Part shown: positions 8,803 through 18,710 of the stretch, one piece after another
Layout of the letters: each line of letters begins with the position of its first letter
How positions within the stretch are numbered: the first letter of the stretch is position 1
IMG/VR virus record: IMGVR_UViG_3300027983_002388
Strand: one strand, 5' to 3'
Source of the DNA: a virus
Taxonomy: Duplodnaviria > Caudoviricetes
DNA length: 64,000 nt
Notes under the pieces: model-generated
What the model saw: only the letters and a program-made list of their open reading frames with translations
What the model was told of the DNA's origin: nothing
Databases searched by the model: none
Translations under genes and position numbers: made by a program

Positions 8803-11140
8803 CATTAGACTGCCCGTGGTACAAGTGGATGACATCTACATCTATTTGTACCATGTGAGCGGCTGATTGGTCTAAACCTCTTCGATAAGCCAAAACATAA
8901 GGCTTATCGAAACAATCAAAATTATCACGAAAGACAAAAATTTGCTTGTCTTTTTTTACATAATTCAATGAACCAAAGTTATCGTTCAATTCTTTTAACA
9001 AAACTCCGTCAATGTCGTCAACAACATGAGTCGTTGCAACCGCAGTGGGATCGTATTGAACTGACTTTATCAAGCGGTCCAAAATATCACGTTGAGGCAT
9101 GAATATATCTGCTCCGATAACCACAATGGTTTGTCCTACTGCTTGATTAAGCCCTTTTTCCAACGCCTGATTTGCTCCCTGGTGTATGAGCTTGCGAGCT
9201 AAAATGCCGTTGTTTCTCTGACCAGAGAATAGATGCCTAATATTCAGTCGCTTGTTATACAAACTACAAATGTTTTGTGTTTCGTCATATTCAAATCCAT
9301 CGTTGATTACAATAACTTCAAAATCAAAATCAGTTTGTTGATTAGCCAAAGAAAACAAATTCCATCTTAGTTGTTCAGTACGCTTAAAAGATGGAATTAA
9401 AACTGATACTGGTTTAGATTCTCTTTTAACATCAATATACTTCATGATGGTGTTGGACAACGTGCTGTTGCCGTAAGCCACGTTGTTTGGCGTGATTCTT
9501 TGATTGAATTGTTGAGCAATCAGATCGCCTGCGTACCAGTGGATACCAATCGTGTCTTGCTCCAGAGGAACATTATTGATGAAAATATCTTTGGTGCGAC
9601 TCCAATCCAAAGCATACACAGTGTCTTTCGAGATCAACCCCACGTTGATTGGGAACTTCATGAGATTCATCTCAGGAAGAAAAAACAGATCAGCCCCAAT
9701 GGATTGATATTTCTTGAGATTCAATCGTTGTTTCGCTAATACTTCTAGTTTGGCATAAACAGGGTTGCCAGCACAGCTAAACAAGAATCCAATAGGGACC
9801 AGACCATCTTCAAAGATGCAGATACCTGTGTCTACATTGCCATTCTCTCTCTTGTTGATAGAAACAGAATTCATGGGACGAAAATACAAAATATCAAAAT
9901 CAGACCATACGCCGCCTTCTGTGGAAAGCAACAAATAGCGAAGATAGTCAGATTTGTATGTTTCAGGAATGTTGTTCTTGAAACCGTATTTTTCAAAGTC
10001 GTGACCTACAAACTCCACATAATATTCTTCTAGTTTTTCTATGTAAGCGTATTCGCCAGCAGTAGCTAAACCCTTTTCAGAATGCGGCAAATCTCCCCAG
10101 GTAATATCGCCATCATAAGGAAAAAGCGGACGGTGAATTTTTATTTTCCAATCAGGGTTGTGCTGCCTGAATGAAACAACAGTAAGGTATCTCAGGTAAG
10201 AAAGATTCTGACCGCCCCAATAAAGATGCAACACCTTGGGTATCTTGGTTAGATGCCATTGAGGCAAATGAGTCACTGAATAATCAATTCCTAAATTCAA
10301 AGCCTTAACAATAATCTTGCACAACGTATTGTCGAATATGAATACATTTTCAACAGTGATGCGTGAGTCAAAATCTTGAGAAATAGGAGTTCCAGCAAAC
10401 CAATGAATGCCTACGGCATCATCTGGATATGACACTTCACTAATGAATACATCTGAAAGACGCTTCCACTCAAAATAGTAAATTGAATTCTTATCAATCT
10501 TACACAACTTAATGGGCAATTGATCGATTTGCATGTCTGGCAATGCGAATAAATCAGCACCAATAGACTGATAACTTGTAAGGTCAAGTTTCTCTTTAGC
10601 TAGAGCCTCTAGCTTGATGTACATAGGATTGTTTGCACTGCTGAACAGAAACGATATGTGAGGCAACCCATCTTCGATGTACAATCCTGTATCTGCTTCG
10701 CTGTTTTCTGCGTTGTTAAATGCAGTCATAGTCATTGGGCGAAAATACAAAATATCAAAATCAGACCACACACCACCTTCTGTGGAAAGTAGTCTGTATC
10801 GCAGGTAGTCAGCTTTGAATGTTTCAGGGATATCGCTGCGAAACCCGTACGATTCAAAGTCATGTTCTACAAATTCTACATCGTAGTTTTTCAATTCATC
10901 CTGGTATCGCCCAGCCATTTTGAAGCTGCGAGAATATTCCGGGGAGTCCCAAGTCGGCTTGCCTTTGTAGGCATTCTTAGGGATATGCACTTTAATTTGC
11001 CAATCAGGGTTGTATTGGCGAAAAGAGACGGCGGTGAGATGTCTTAAAAAAGACATATTCTCACCGCCCCAATAAAGGTGCAATACCTTTGGGACTTTAT
11101 GAAGATGCCACAAGCCGATGGGTCGTTGAGAAAACAACAT
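8756..11140 (-). CDS. Multi-domain glycosyltransferase: two GT32-like DXD domains + C-terminal GT2-like domain
   Basis: PKVLHLYWGG...KADYLRY...EGGVWSDFDILYFRP occurs twice; then VSVLIPSF...VINDG; TAATG coupling at 11140. Confidence 0.85.
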   Translation of the reverse strand: MLFSQRPIGLWHLHKVPKVLHLYWGGENMSFLRHLTAVSFRQYNPDWQIKVHIPKNAYKGKPTWDSPEYSRSFKMAGRYQDELKNYDVEFVEHDFESYGFRSDIPETFKADYLRYRLLSTEGGVWSDFDILYFRPMTMTAFNNAENSEADTGLYIEDGLPHISFLFSSANNPMYIKLEALAKEKLDLTSYQSIGADLFALPDMQIDQLPIKLCKIDKNSIYYFEWKRLSDVFISEVSYPDDAVGIHWFAGTPISQDFDSRITVENVFIFDNTLCKIIVKALNLGIDYSVTHLPQWHLTKIPKVLHLYWGGQNLSYLRYLTVVSFRQHNPDWKIKIHRPLFPYDGDITWGDLPHSEKGLATAGEYAYIEKLEEYYVEFVGHDFEKYGFKNNIPETYKSDYLRYLLLSTEGGVWSDFDILYFRPMNSVSINKRENGNVDTGICIFEDGLVPIGFLFSCAGNPVYAKLEVLAKQRLNLKKYQSIGADLFFLPEMNLMKFPINVGLISKDTVYALDWSRTKDIFINNVPLEQDTIGIHWYAGDLIAQQFNQRITPNNVAYGNSTLSNTIMKYIDVKRESKPVSVLIPSFKRTEQLRWNLFSLANQQTDFDFEVIVINDGFEYDETQNICSLYNKRLNIRHLFSGQRNNGILARKLIHQGANQALEKGLNQAVGQTIVVIGADIFMPQRDILDRLIKSVQYDPTAVATTHVVDDIDGVLLKELNDNFGSLNYVKKDKQIFVFRDNFDCFDKPYVLAYRRGLDQSAAHMVQIDVDVIHLYHGQSNAKRNYRVIEAQQATD

Positions 11141-11712
11141 TACTCTTCGTACACTACCTTCCCGAACCAAATGCCTTCTCCATTACGGACATAGCTGAGA
11201 GAGCAGTTTTTTACAAAGTTAATTGTATCTGCGCCGCCGTTTAATCCAACAGCAAATTCGTACATCGTATTAACTGGCGTGCCATGTGAGATAACCACGA
11301 GCTTTTCGTGTTTCAAACTGTCATGGAATGCCTTCATTCGAGCAACAAATTGCTTGTCAGATTCTTGAGTGAAGAACAAGTCGTCGCTGTGATTCCAAAT
11401 AAATTCTGGAAATTTCTCTTGGTGATTTTTGACTTCCGCCGCCTGATATTTCATCATGATTTCCCGTGGTCCGGGATTCACAGTGAACTCTAAACCAGTT
11501 TCTTCTCGTATTATCCGAGAAGTTTGCAAACATCGCATGTATGGCGACGTAATGCCAACAAAGTTGTTGATGTGACCAAATTGTTCCTTGAGGAATTTAC
11601 CTGTCGTGCGAGCTTGTTCAATGCCTTTAGGAGTAAGCTCGCTATCCAGATGATCCGTCAAATAAGCGTTGTATTGGCTTTCCCCGTGACGAACTAAAAT
11701 CAATTCTTTCAT
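11140..11712 (-). CDS. Histidine phosphatase (phosphoglycerate mutase family)
   Basis: LILVRHGESQYN, SPYMRCLQT, VISHG. Confidence 0.9.
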   Translation of the reverse strand: MKELILVRHGESQYNAYLTDHLDSELTPKGIEQARTTGKFLKEQFGHINNFVGITSPYMRCLQTSRIIREETGLEFTVNPGPREIMMKYQAAEVKNHQEKFPEFIWNHSDDLFFTQESDKQFVARMKAFHDSLKHEKLVVISHGTPVNTMYEFAVGLNGGADTINFVKNCSLSYVRNGEGIWFGKVVYEE

Positions 11713-12521
11713 TCCAACCTCAAAGTTAAGCATTTACAGGCACCACCCGCTTTGATGAATTCGCTCATATCAGTATCGAATACCTCAAAACCCGCACTCA
11801 CCAAAAGAGCTTTTGTCGCCTCGCATCCGGCTGGAATGACAACTAGATTGCCAATAGCAACAGCATTGCAGGCGAACTTGCGAGCATCCTCTTCTGGTAC
11901 TCTGAGTAATTCTAGTCCGGCTTCCAGTGAAGAAACCGTATCTTTGTCAAAAGCTCCAGTCCAAATCAAAGCATAATCATCTTTGAGAGGACAAAAACAG
12001 GTATCCAAGTGGTAAAAATATGGATCAATCAATTTTAGATATTGAGCGTTTTCTGTCCTGAAAATTCCCCAATGTGAATTGGTGTCATAATCGCTACGAA
12101 ATCCATAGCCTAAATAAAGTTTTTTTTCAAAATCACTAGATTCTTCTTTGAATAAAGCATCGCCAGCACCCTCGAAATTAAACTCAGACGAAAATTGCAT
12201 AGTCTCAAAGCCGTTGGCCTCGAACCACATTTGATAATGTTTCTTTTCTGCCTGTCGTTCGGGATGTTTGAAATTAGAGAGCATGACTAGATTTTGATCT
12301 CGAAACACAAGTCCCGCATTTGCGGTAAATACCATGTCTGGAAGTCCAGGTTGTCCTGGCATGGTCATGATAGTAGCACCTAATTGATTTAATATATCAA
12401 TTAGGTCGTGCCATTGGCGAATAGCCAATTCTCGATCCGCTTGATTTTGGATACTCATCCAAGGATTGATTTCATATTCAATTCCATAATACGTTGGGTC
12501 GCAAACAAGTATTTTGTTCAT
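11709..12521 (-). CDS. Amidinotransferase/pentein superfamily (DDAH / arginine dihydrolase-like)
   Basis: ILVCDPTYYGIEYEINPWM, DMVFTANAG, FEGAGDA, YHLDTCF, KAGGACKCLTL. Confidence 0.85.
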   Translation of the reverse strand: MNKILVCDPTYYGIEYEINPWMSIQNQADRELAIRQWHDLIDILNQLGATIMTMPGQPGLPDMVFTANAGLVFRDQNLVMLSNFKHPERQAEKKHYQMWFEANGFETMQFSSEFNFEGAGDALFKEESSDFEKKLYLGYGFRSDYDTNSHWGIFRTENAQYLKLIDPYFYHLDTCFCPLKDDYALIWTGAFDKDTVSSLEAGLELLRVPEEDARKFACNAVAIGNLVVIPAGCEATKALLVSAGFEVFDTDMSEFIKAGGACKCLTLRLE

Positions 12522-12802
12522 CCATTGGTGCCTAAAGTTGGTGATGAAGACATGATACGGATGAGATCGCCAAGCGTACCCATCCGGCTTCTAATTTGTC
12601 CAACAACTTGATCTTGGACTTGTTGCCGCAATCCTTTGAACTCGCCGAGTCCATTAAGAATATTGATTAACTGCTCTGGTTCCCATGTGTCAATTCCTTG
12701 GGATAGACCGTGGGTTCGATCAAGGTTCAGTTTGCCAAGAAGGATATTCTTGTAAAAGTCATAACCTTTATCTTCCATTTCGGCAAGCCAAACCTTGAAC
12801 AT
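12518..12802 (-). CDS. Small protein with capsid-targeting-like N-terminus (MFKVWLAE)
   Basis: 94 aa; SD AGGTGG; N-terminal F-x-x-W-L-x-E. Confidence 0.7.
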   Translation of the reverse strand: MFKVWLAEMEDKGYDFYKNILLGKLNLDRTHGLSQGIDTWEPEQLINILNGLGEFKGLRQQVQDQVVGQIRSRMGTLGDLIRIMSSSPTLGTNG

Positions 12803-12857
12803 TATTTACCACCTATATTTATTCTAAAGGAGTTGAGTCTATTCCATATATAAAGTC

Positions 12858-13667
12858 ATGAACCGATTACTTTTCAAACAATGGATGTTATCCGAAATGG
12901 CCGATTTCGGATTTGACCAGGACCAACAAGGCCAGCCAAAAGGCGGCACGGAGGAAATGGAAGGAGACAGTCCGTTCAAAAATTTAGACGGTAGCAAAAT
13001 CATTACAGAACTGGCTAGTTTTCCAGCTTTAGGCCCAAATCAACCGCTTCGACGCTGGAACGATGTGGTCGAGTGGGGGAGTGGCCCAGGGGCAATTCAA
13101 GTTGGCGTGACTCCATTGGGATCAATGAGAGTCGTAATTCGCAGAATGACCAAAGACCTTTGCGGAGAGAATACCTGGATATGCACCAAGGTCATTCCTC
13201 TGAGTGACAATGCCGCCGAGAGCAAAGAAACATCTATAGCTCATGATGTGTACGACATGATAACGGAATCATCCAATGAAATGATTCCTGGTCCCGCTAA
13301 AGAGTTCGACGAACTAGAACGATTGTCTTGGAAGCTGTGGGCGGCAACAAAGCGAGATCATCCTTCATATTGCATGTTCCCTATCGGGATGCGTCAGCAA
13401 AATGAGAACTACTACAAGCTCGTGTTCGAGTTTCGTGGACACGGAGTTCAAAAAATCGGTAGTGGTGCCCGTGCCGAACAATTCAATATCGACATGGTAT
13501 GGGAACCAAAACGTGGTTTGATTCGTTGCTTGGGATATGATATTGATTCAAGTCTAGGACAACACTCCTGGAAAGTTCAGCCATCTGAATTCAACGAATA
13601 TTTTTCGCCCCAACAAAAACATGAAACTATCATTGCCAGCATAGTTCAGACTTTCTTGCAGTATTGA
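12858..13667 (+). CDS. Hypothetical protein with capsid-targeting-like N-terminus (MNRLLFKQWMLSE)
   Basis: 269 aa; ATATATAAA immediately upstream of ATG. Confidence 0.75.
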   Translation: MNRLLFKQWMLSEMADFGFDQDQQGQPKGGTEEMEGDSPFKNLDGSKIITELASFPALGPNQPLRRWNDVVEWGSGPGAIQVGVTPLGSMRVVIRRMTKDLCGENTWICTKVIPLSDNAAESKETSIAHDVYDMITESSNEMIPGPAKEFDELERLSWKLWAATKRDHPSYCMFPIGMRQQNENYYKLVFEFRGHGVQKIGSGARAEQFNIDMVWEPKRGLIRCLGYDIDSSLGQHSWKVQPSEFNEYFSPQQKHETIIASIVQTFLQY

Positions 13668-13721
13668 CCAACCTATAATAAAACGATAGTTGATCTAATC
13701 ATTTACTTTACAGAGGATATT

Positions 13722-14279
13722 ATGGACGCAAAAAAAGTCTTGGTTGCTGTGTTACTTCTCGTTGGAGCCGGTGCCTTGTATGTCAAATTCGGCAAACACA
13801 TTGTTGCGCCAGTCAAACCACCAGTAGAGATGAATGATCCCATCATTACTCCACCAGTTGCGCCGCCTGTAGTGCCAGACGTGGCGAAGCCACCTATTAT
13901 ACCTGAAATACCTGAAATATCTGAAATACTGGCCAGCTTCAGCAATTATCAAGAAGCCATAGCAGCAGCAAAAAAGCACAACCGACCATTGTTCTTGTAT
14001 TTTGGTGCCGAGTGGTGTGGCTGGTGCAAGAAGATGAAAGAAACACTTTCCAGTCCAGAAGTCAAAGACAAGCTAGGCAAGGAATATGTCACTTGCCTCA
14101 TTGACACCGACAAAGATCGTGCAACCGCCAGAAAATACAAAGTCTCAGGCATCCCGGCCTATATGGTCGTAGATGGCTCTGAGACTGTTGTGATTCGAGA
14201 TTCTGGGTTTAAGAGCAAAGACGACATGCTGGTTTGGTTGCGACCAAAGAATGTATCTTTGCTTGAGCTTAAAGACTAA
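13722..14279 (+). CDS. Membrane-anchored thioredoxin-fold protein
   Basis: N-terminal hydrophobic helix, Pro-rich linker, FGAEWCGWC, GIPAYMVV. Confidence 0.85.
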   Translation: MDAKKVLVAVLLLVGAGALYVKFGKHIVAPVKPPVEMNDPIITPPVAPPVVPDVAKPPIIPEIPEISEILASFSNYQEAIAAAKKHNRPLFLYFGAEWCGWCKKMKETLSSPEVKDKLGKEYVTCLIDTDKDRATARKYKVSGIPAYMVVDGSETVVIRDSGFKSKDDMLVWLRPKNVSLLELKD

Positions 14280-14617
14280 GCTGCTTTATTTTCTTGTAGT
14301 TTTTCGTACAACACTTCCTCGGTGGCCTCTAAAAGATCATCGAGACGATTTCGTGTATAGAACTTGCCTTTAATGCCACGAGTGTTGTAGACCTTATATC
14401 CAAGTTCAGTCAATGTGCCGAACACCTTCTCATGGGAGGGGTCCGGCATTTTTTCATTCAACCCCAAGGCGATTGCCAAGGGACAAAACTTGCCGTCTTC
14501 GTAGTTGTAAGTATCCAGGACCATTGGATCGGGATGCAGAAACACTCGCAGCAATTCCTCTACGTTCAATTGACGCAGGCCATTCTTGAGTCCAGTCTTG
14601 CGAGCATCTTCACACAT
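14276..14617 (-). CDS. Hypothetical protein (113 aa)
   Basis: ORF within a - strand run, SD-like AAGGA upstream. Confidence 0.7.
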   Translation of the reverse strand: MCEDARKTGLKNGLRQLNVEELLRVFLHPDPMVLDTYNYEDGKFCPLAIALGLNEKMPDPSHEKVFGTLTELGYKVYNTRGIKGKFYTRNRLDDLLEATEEVLYEKLQENKAA

Positions 14618-14626
14618 TTCATTTCC

Positions 14627-15196
14627 TTACTGGAGATAACTAAGGTCAATTTCAGGAGTGGGCTTTGGCTTGATTAAAATCCATTTATCATGCAATTCAA
14701 AAAAATAACCTTGACCAACACATGGATCAAAAAAAGGTTCTTTTTCCCCATTTCTGTTTCTAGGTCGGCATATTATTATCCTAGATTTCAAAACAATCGC
14801 ACGCTTGATGATAAAGGCTCTTTTGAAATCACCACCAATCATCATATGATGAGTAACCATTTCCCTAGTGGCAGAGCCTCTTTTGCGATATGGGAAGTGG
14901 GCCGTTGAATAAGGAAAAGGGAACGCTTTTTCAAGCCATCCCATTTTTTGGTTTGGATGATCTTCAAACCAAACGGTTCCCCAATCTTCCTTGACTTCTA
15001 CTTCAACGATTATCCTTTTTCCATCTTTCCACGCTTCTAAATCAAATATGTTAACAAACCCATTTAGCCATTCTTTGTTTTCTTTAATGTTAGTATAACC
15101 CATTCGCTCCAACAATTGAATGGCAGCTAGTTTACCGGGTCTATCATATTTATCGTTTACTATTTGTTCAAACGGCTTGTCGTTAGCTTGTGTCAT
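14627..15196 (-). CDS. Putative PD-(D/E)XK nuclease-like protein
   Basis: IFDLEAWKDGKRIIVEVEVK resembles D...ExK. Confidence 0.45.
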   Translation of the reverse strand: MTQANDKPFEQIVNDKYDRPGKLAAIQLLERMGYTNIKENKEWLNGFVNIFDLEAWKDGKRIIVEVEVKEDWGTVWFEDHPNQKMGWLEKAFPFPYSTAHFPYRKRGSATREMVTHHMMIGGDFKRAFIIKRAIVLKSRIIICRPRNRNGEKEPFFDPCVGQGYFFELHDKWILIKPKPTPEIDLSYLQ

Positions 15197-15200
15197 TCGA

Positions 15201-15968
15201 TCACCCCATCAAAATGGATTTTGCAGAAAGCAGTCTTGGAGTAGTGCAATATGTTCTTGGAGTATTTGTAACTCCAAAAGCCGCCAATGTTTCTTGATGT
15301 TCATCCCAAGGTGTTTTGCCGTTTGAAAAAACACTAGAAATAGAAACACACGGTCTGGTGTGTTCAACGCTCAGTGAGTTGATGACGCCCACATTGGACT
15401 TCTTGCTATTACTAACGATCATTGGCCAAACGAAATCTAAGCCCCATGCAGAATAAGACAAAGAAAATGTCCATAGACATGACATCATTGCTTTACGAGA
15501 AAATATTGGACACATTGGCTCAATCAAATTCATGTGTCTAATCAATATGTTTCTATTTTCAATCGGAGCTAAAGACGGATGGTTGAGATGGCCGGTAATG
15601 GAAGGTTGACATAAATCCAAATCATATAACTTGGCCATAGCAAACAACTTGTTGATGTCTTCCACTCTGATCTTCAAGTCGGGATCAGGACACATCACAT
15701 AGTTATATTTGCCAATAACTTTGAATTGTTCGCTGTAGAGCTTCACCAATGTGCGAAACTTATGTTCTTTGATTTGAAAGTAAAACTCTGGATTCCTATC
15801 TTGGAAGAATCCAGAGTCGCCCCAATTGTTCACCAGGATGTCGTAATTTCTGCCCTCGCCGAACCAAAGATCGGCGAGGTCACAATTGGTTCTGCTAAGA
15901 GGCAAGTAGACCAAACAATTATTCAAAGTCAGCCTCTTGAATTTGAATAATGATTTCCATGACATCAT
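15201..15968 (-). CDS. DUF707-like glycosyltransferase-fold protein
   Basis: YVMCPDPDL, IEPMCPIFSR, AWGLDFVW, VEHTRP. Confidence 0.7.
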   Translation of the reverse strand: MMSWKSLFKFKRLTLNNCLVYLPLSRTNCDLADLWFGEGRNYDILVNNWGDSGFFQDRNPEFYFQIKEHKFRTLVKLYSEQFKVIGKYNYVMCPDPDLKIRVEDINKLFAMAKLYDLDLCQPSITGHLNHPSLAPIENRNILIRHMNLIEPMCPIFSRKAMMSCLWTFSLSYSAWGLDFVWPMIVSNSKKSNVGVINSLSVEHTRPCVSISSVFSNGKTPWDEHQETLAAFGVTNTPRTYCTTPRLLSAKSILMG

Positions 15969-16173
15969 TCATCTCATCAGGGGTCATCTCAATTCCACTC
16001 TCGGCGGCATGAAGTCTTAAATCAAACTTTTCCTTATTTGACATAAGACCAACGGGCTTGCGATTGAGATTTCTCTTCAAACTGCGTAGTCTTTTAAGAA
16101 TGCCGAGAGCCTGCTTGGGCGTATATTCTTTGCCCAATTCAGCCAACCTATTGCGAAGTTCATTCTCGTTCAT
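15919..16173 (-). CDS. Hypothetical protein (84 aa)
   Basis: ATGA-coupled to the upstream ORF. Confidence 0.65.
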   Translation of the reverse strand: MNENELRNRLAELGKEYTPKQALGILKRLRSLKRNLNRKPVGLMSNKEKFDLRLHAAESGIEMTPDEMNDVMEIIIQIQEADFE

Positions 16174-16910
16174 TGGACTTCCTCGAACTCGTGTGGGAAC
16201 ATATCTCTAAATGTACGGACAACTAAGTCCGTAATGCACGGTTTATAGAGATCAGGATCGAAATTCATTCTTTTATAATCTTCCGGCTTCAGAATTGCCG
16301 CAATATGCGGCGACATCGCAATATAGTACGGACTGATTTTGCCGAAATTAACCCAGCGAAAGATGTTGTTGTTGATGTAGGACTCCCGGTACTTTTCAAG
16401 ACTTGGACTGGCACCAAAAGTTTTGGCAAAGAACTCTTTGGTTCGCTCAAGTCCTTCGATGGCTTTGATAACGCCGGGACCAATAGGCTGGGATATTTCG
16501 GACGGTTTCGCAGAGATGGCATCATATTTTCTTTTCCATAGTTTCCACCGCTTCCAGGCTTTTTCTCCCACCAAACAATTGGTATCGATGAGAGGATGAC
16601 CTTTGCCGGTATTGATGTGTCGGAGAACATCAAGCTGCGCCCGGACATAAAAGGGATATTCTTTTTCTTCGAGTACGCCCTGTGTTTCACGAGCCAGCTT
16701 GTAGCAGACTTTGAATATCAGGGACTTCCGAGGATCGCCCTGCTTCATGGTCGTATGCTGATATTCAGGGAATACTTTACGACTTCTATCGAGCCAGAGC
16801 AAGCACAATTTATATGCTTTCGCCTCAAGTTCATCCATTTCGTAGTCAACAATTGCATCGAGACGCATATCTTTGATCTCCGGGAGTTCTTCTTTTTTGT
16901 TTTCAGTCAT
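16170..16910 (-). CDS. Hypothetical protein (246 aa)
   Basis: Long ORF, SD GAGGT. Confidence 0.8.
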   Translation of the reverse strand: MTENKKEELPEIKDMRLDAIVDYEMDELEAKAYKLCLLWLDRSRKVFPEYQHTTMKQGDPRKSLIFKVCYKLARETQGVLEEKEYPFYVRAQLDVLRHINTGKGHPLIDTNCLVGEKAWKRWKLWKRKYDAISAKPSEISQPIGPGVIKAIEGLERTKEFFAKTFGASPSLEKYRESYINNNIFRWVNFGKISPYYIAMSPHIAAILKPEDYKRMNFDPDLYKPCITDLVVRTFRDMFPHEFEEVQ

Positions 16911-16961
16911 TTTACCTCACATCTAAATGGTAGCCAAGCCCAATATATAAATCCATGAACT

Positions 16962-17924
16962 TCAGAGAATGGCTCTCACAATAGCAGAATAATCAGTTTG
17001 ATCCTGACCTTCTGTGCCATTCCAAGTTTCATTGATTTTTCTATCACCCTTTGCATTCTGCGACACATTTTTGTCGATCCAATATTTGCTCTCAACTGCC
17101 GAGAGATGCTTAATATTCATGCCCATTTGCGGAGCAAAATCAGCAGGCAACTCTGGCGTGAAACAAATCGTAGACCACAATGAAGGAGGAATTGCCAATA
17201 CGACAATATCAGCTTCGTGGATCGAACCATGAGCATCAACAACAACGACGGATGGCTCGGTGATGATGTGAACTACGGGGCAATTCAAGATCAATCGAGT
17301 GCCTAATTTTTGAGCAAACTTCAAAGCGAATTGCTGATTGCCGCCCTTTGTGCGATAGCTCTCTGTATCGGCCCAAAATTTATCGAAACCACCGCCTCTG
17401 ACGAGTACGATATTGCCCAACAAACTTTGTTTATCGGTAGAGACGCCGTTGTCACTTGACACTTGAATATCAAACAAATATTTGGCAATAGACGAAGCAT
17501 CTTGAGTGTGAATCCACTCTCGCATGGATATATTGTCCAAATATTCAGCTTGTGGCGACAGCCAAGGTTGATTTACGTCTATGTTTTCAGCCAATACCGA
17601 TAATGCAATTTGCATTTTGAATATTTCTGATTTGATATTTTCGTATTCACCTTGCGTCAACTTTTGATTTTGCAAAATGATCGGCGTTTCCGCTTCACTA
17701 TCTTCGGCAAGGAGAAACTCCAAACCAAATTCACGAGCGTATTCGATCAAGCAATGGTGATGAGAGCCAATAAGCTCTCCACCGAATTCGACGTTCATGC
17801 CAGAGATGAAATCGTCTCGACTGTATACTCGGCCACCAACTCGATTACGAGCTTCCAAGATTTCGACAGTGTGACCAGCGGTCATAAGCTCGTATGCACA
17901 AGCAAGACCGGAGAATCCTTCCAT
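16962..17924 (-). pseudogene. Flavin monoamine oxidase fragment, truncated at both ends
   Basis: GFSGLACAYEL...EARNRVGGRV...EFGGELIG; first Rossmann strand disrupted upstream; C-terminal FAGEH/GxMEGA region absent. Confidence 0.7.
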
Positions 17925-17989
17925 AGTAAAAAAATAACACTACCGTATTTATGCGCAACAACCAAACTATAACAAAAAACAACGATGCG

Positions 17990-18555
17990 AATGAATGGAA
18001 GCGGTAAAAATACACGAAATCAGGCTTGATCTGCATGAGCTTCAGGTCTAGGATATTCACGTTCGGTGAAATAAGCGTGTCCAAATAACCGAACATAAAA
18101 CCTAAAAAGGCATACAGGTAATCGCTGTCGAGGGTAAAACTTCTTCAGATTTCGGAAAGCCTTAGACACTACAGCCCCAATACCCCAGATTGGTTCGAGG
18201 GCCTGATTTACTGGATAGGGTTTCTTCCTCAACAGAGGTCTTAGGTGGCAATGGGCCGACGTGTAGCGGCTAATCGGAGAGCAATCTCCGAGGATTGAAA
18301 AGAGCTAGGATTCAACACCCACCAACGGCGTGCCTCGTCGCTCAGATAAATCGAGGCTGGGATAAATCACAAAGAAACCGATATAATCCGCTGAACCTAT
18401 ATTACGCCTACCCGGAAGGGTGAGTGTAAATCAGAAAGAGCTTAGAGCTAACTTATTGTTGGGATTACAGCCGACTTTTCGGCTATTGTATAAGTGACTA
18501 ATTTCAGTTACTTCTACAATAGATAATCCCAATAATAAGAAGGCTCTTTTTGTAT
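17990..18555 (+). ncRNA. Candidate large structured non-coding RNA (family unknown; strand inferred from GNRA loops)
   Basis: No credible ORF in ~780-nt gap; hairpins 18275-18290 (GCAA loop), 18410-18421 (GGAA loop), 18469-18484, and a 16-bp helix 18452-18467/18524-18539 with a G-U pair. Confidence 0.55.
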
Positions 18556-18710
18556 TATAAACTAATTTACAAGAAGCGCTTGTTGTACAACAAACAAAGA
18601 GGCAACGTGACAGAACAGTCTTGCAATCAAAGGGTTTGCGTCTTATACTTAAAATGAAATGTGCCTCCCGTTGGCACGCACGCACGCACTAAACCGCATG
18701 ATTGAGGCAC

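Noticed and set aside
16170-16910. T4 gp59 helicase loader
   Set aside because: Only vague similarity (GKISPYY) and size; not enough to name
18280-18400. Definite group I or group II intron
   Set aside because: Only a loose P7-like pairing; no interrupted gene, no canonical P/Q/R/S set, no group II domain V. Kept as an unassigned ncRNA
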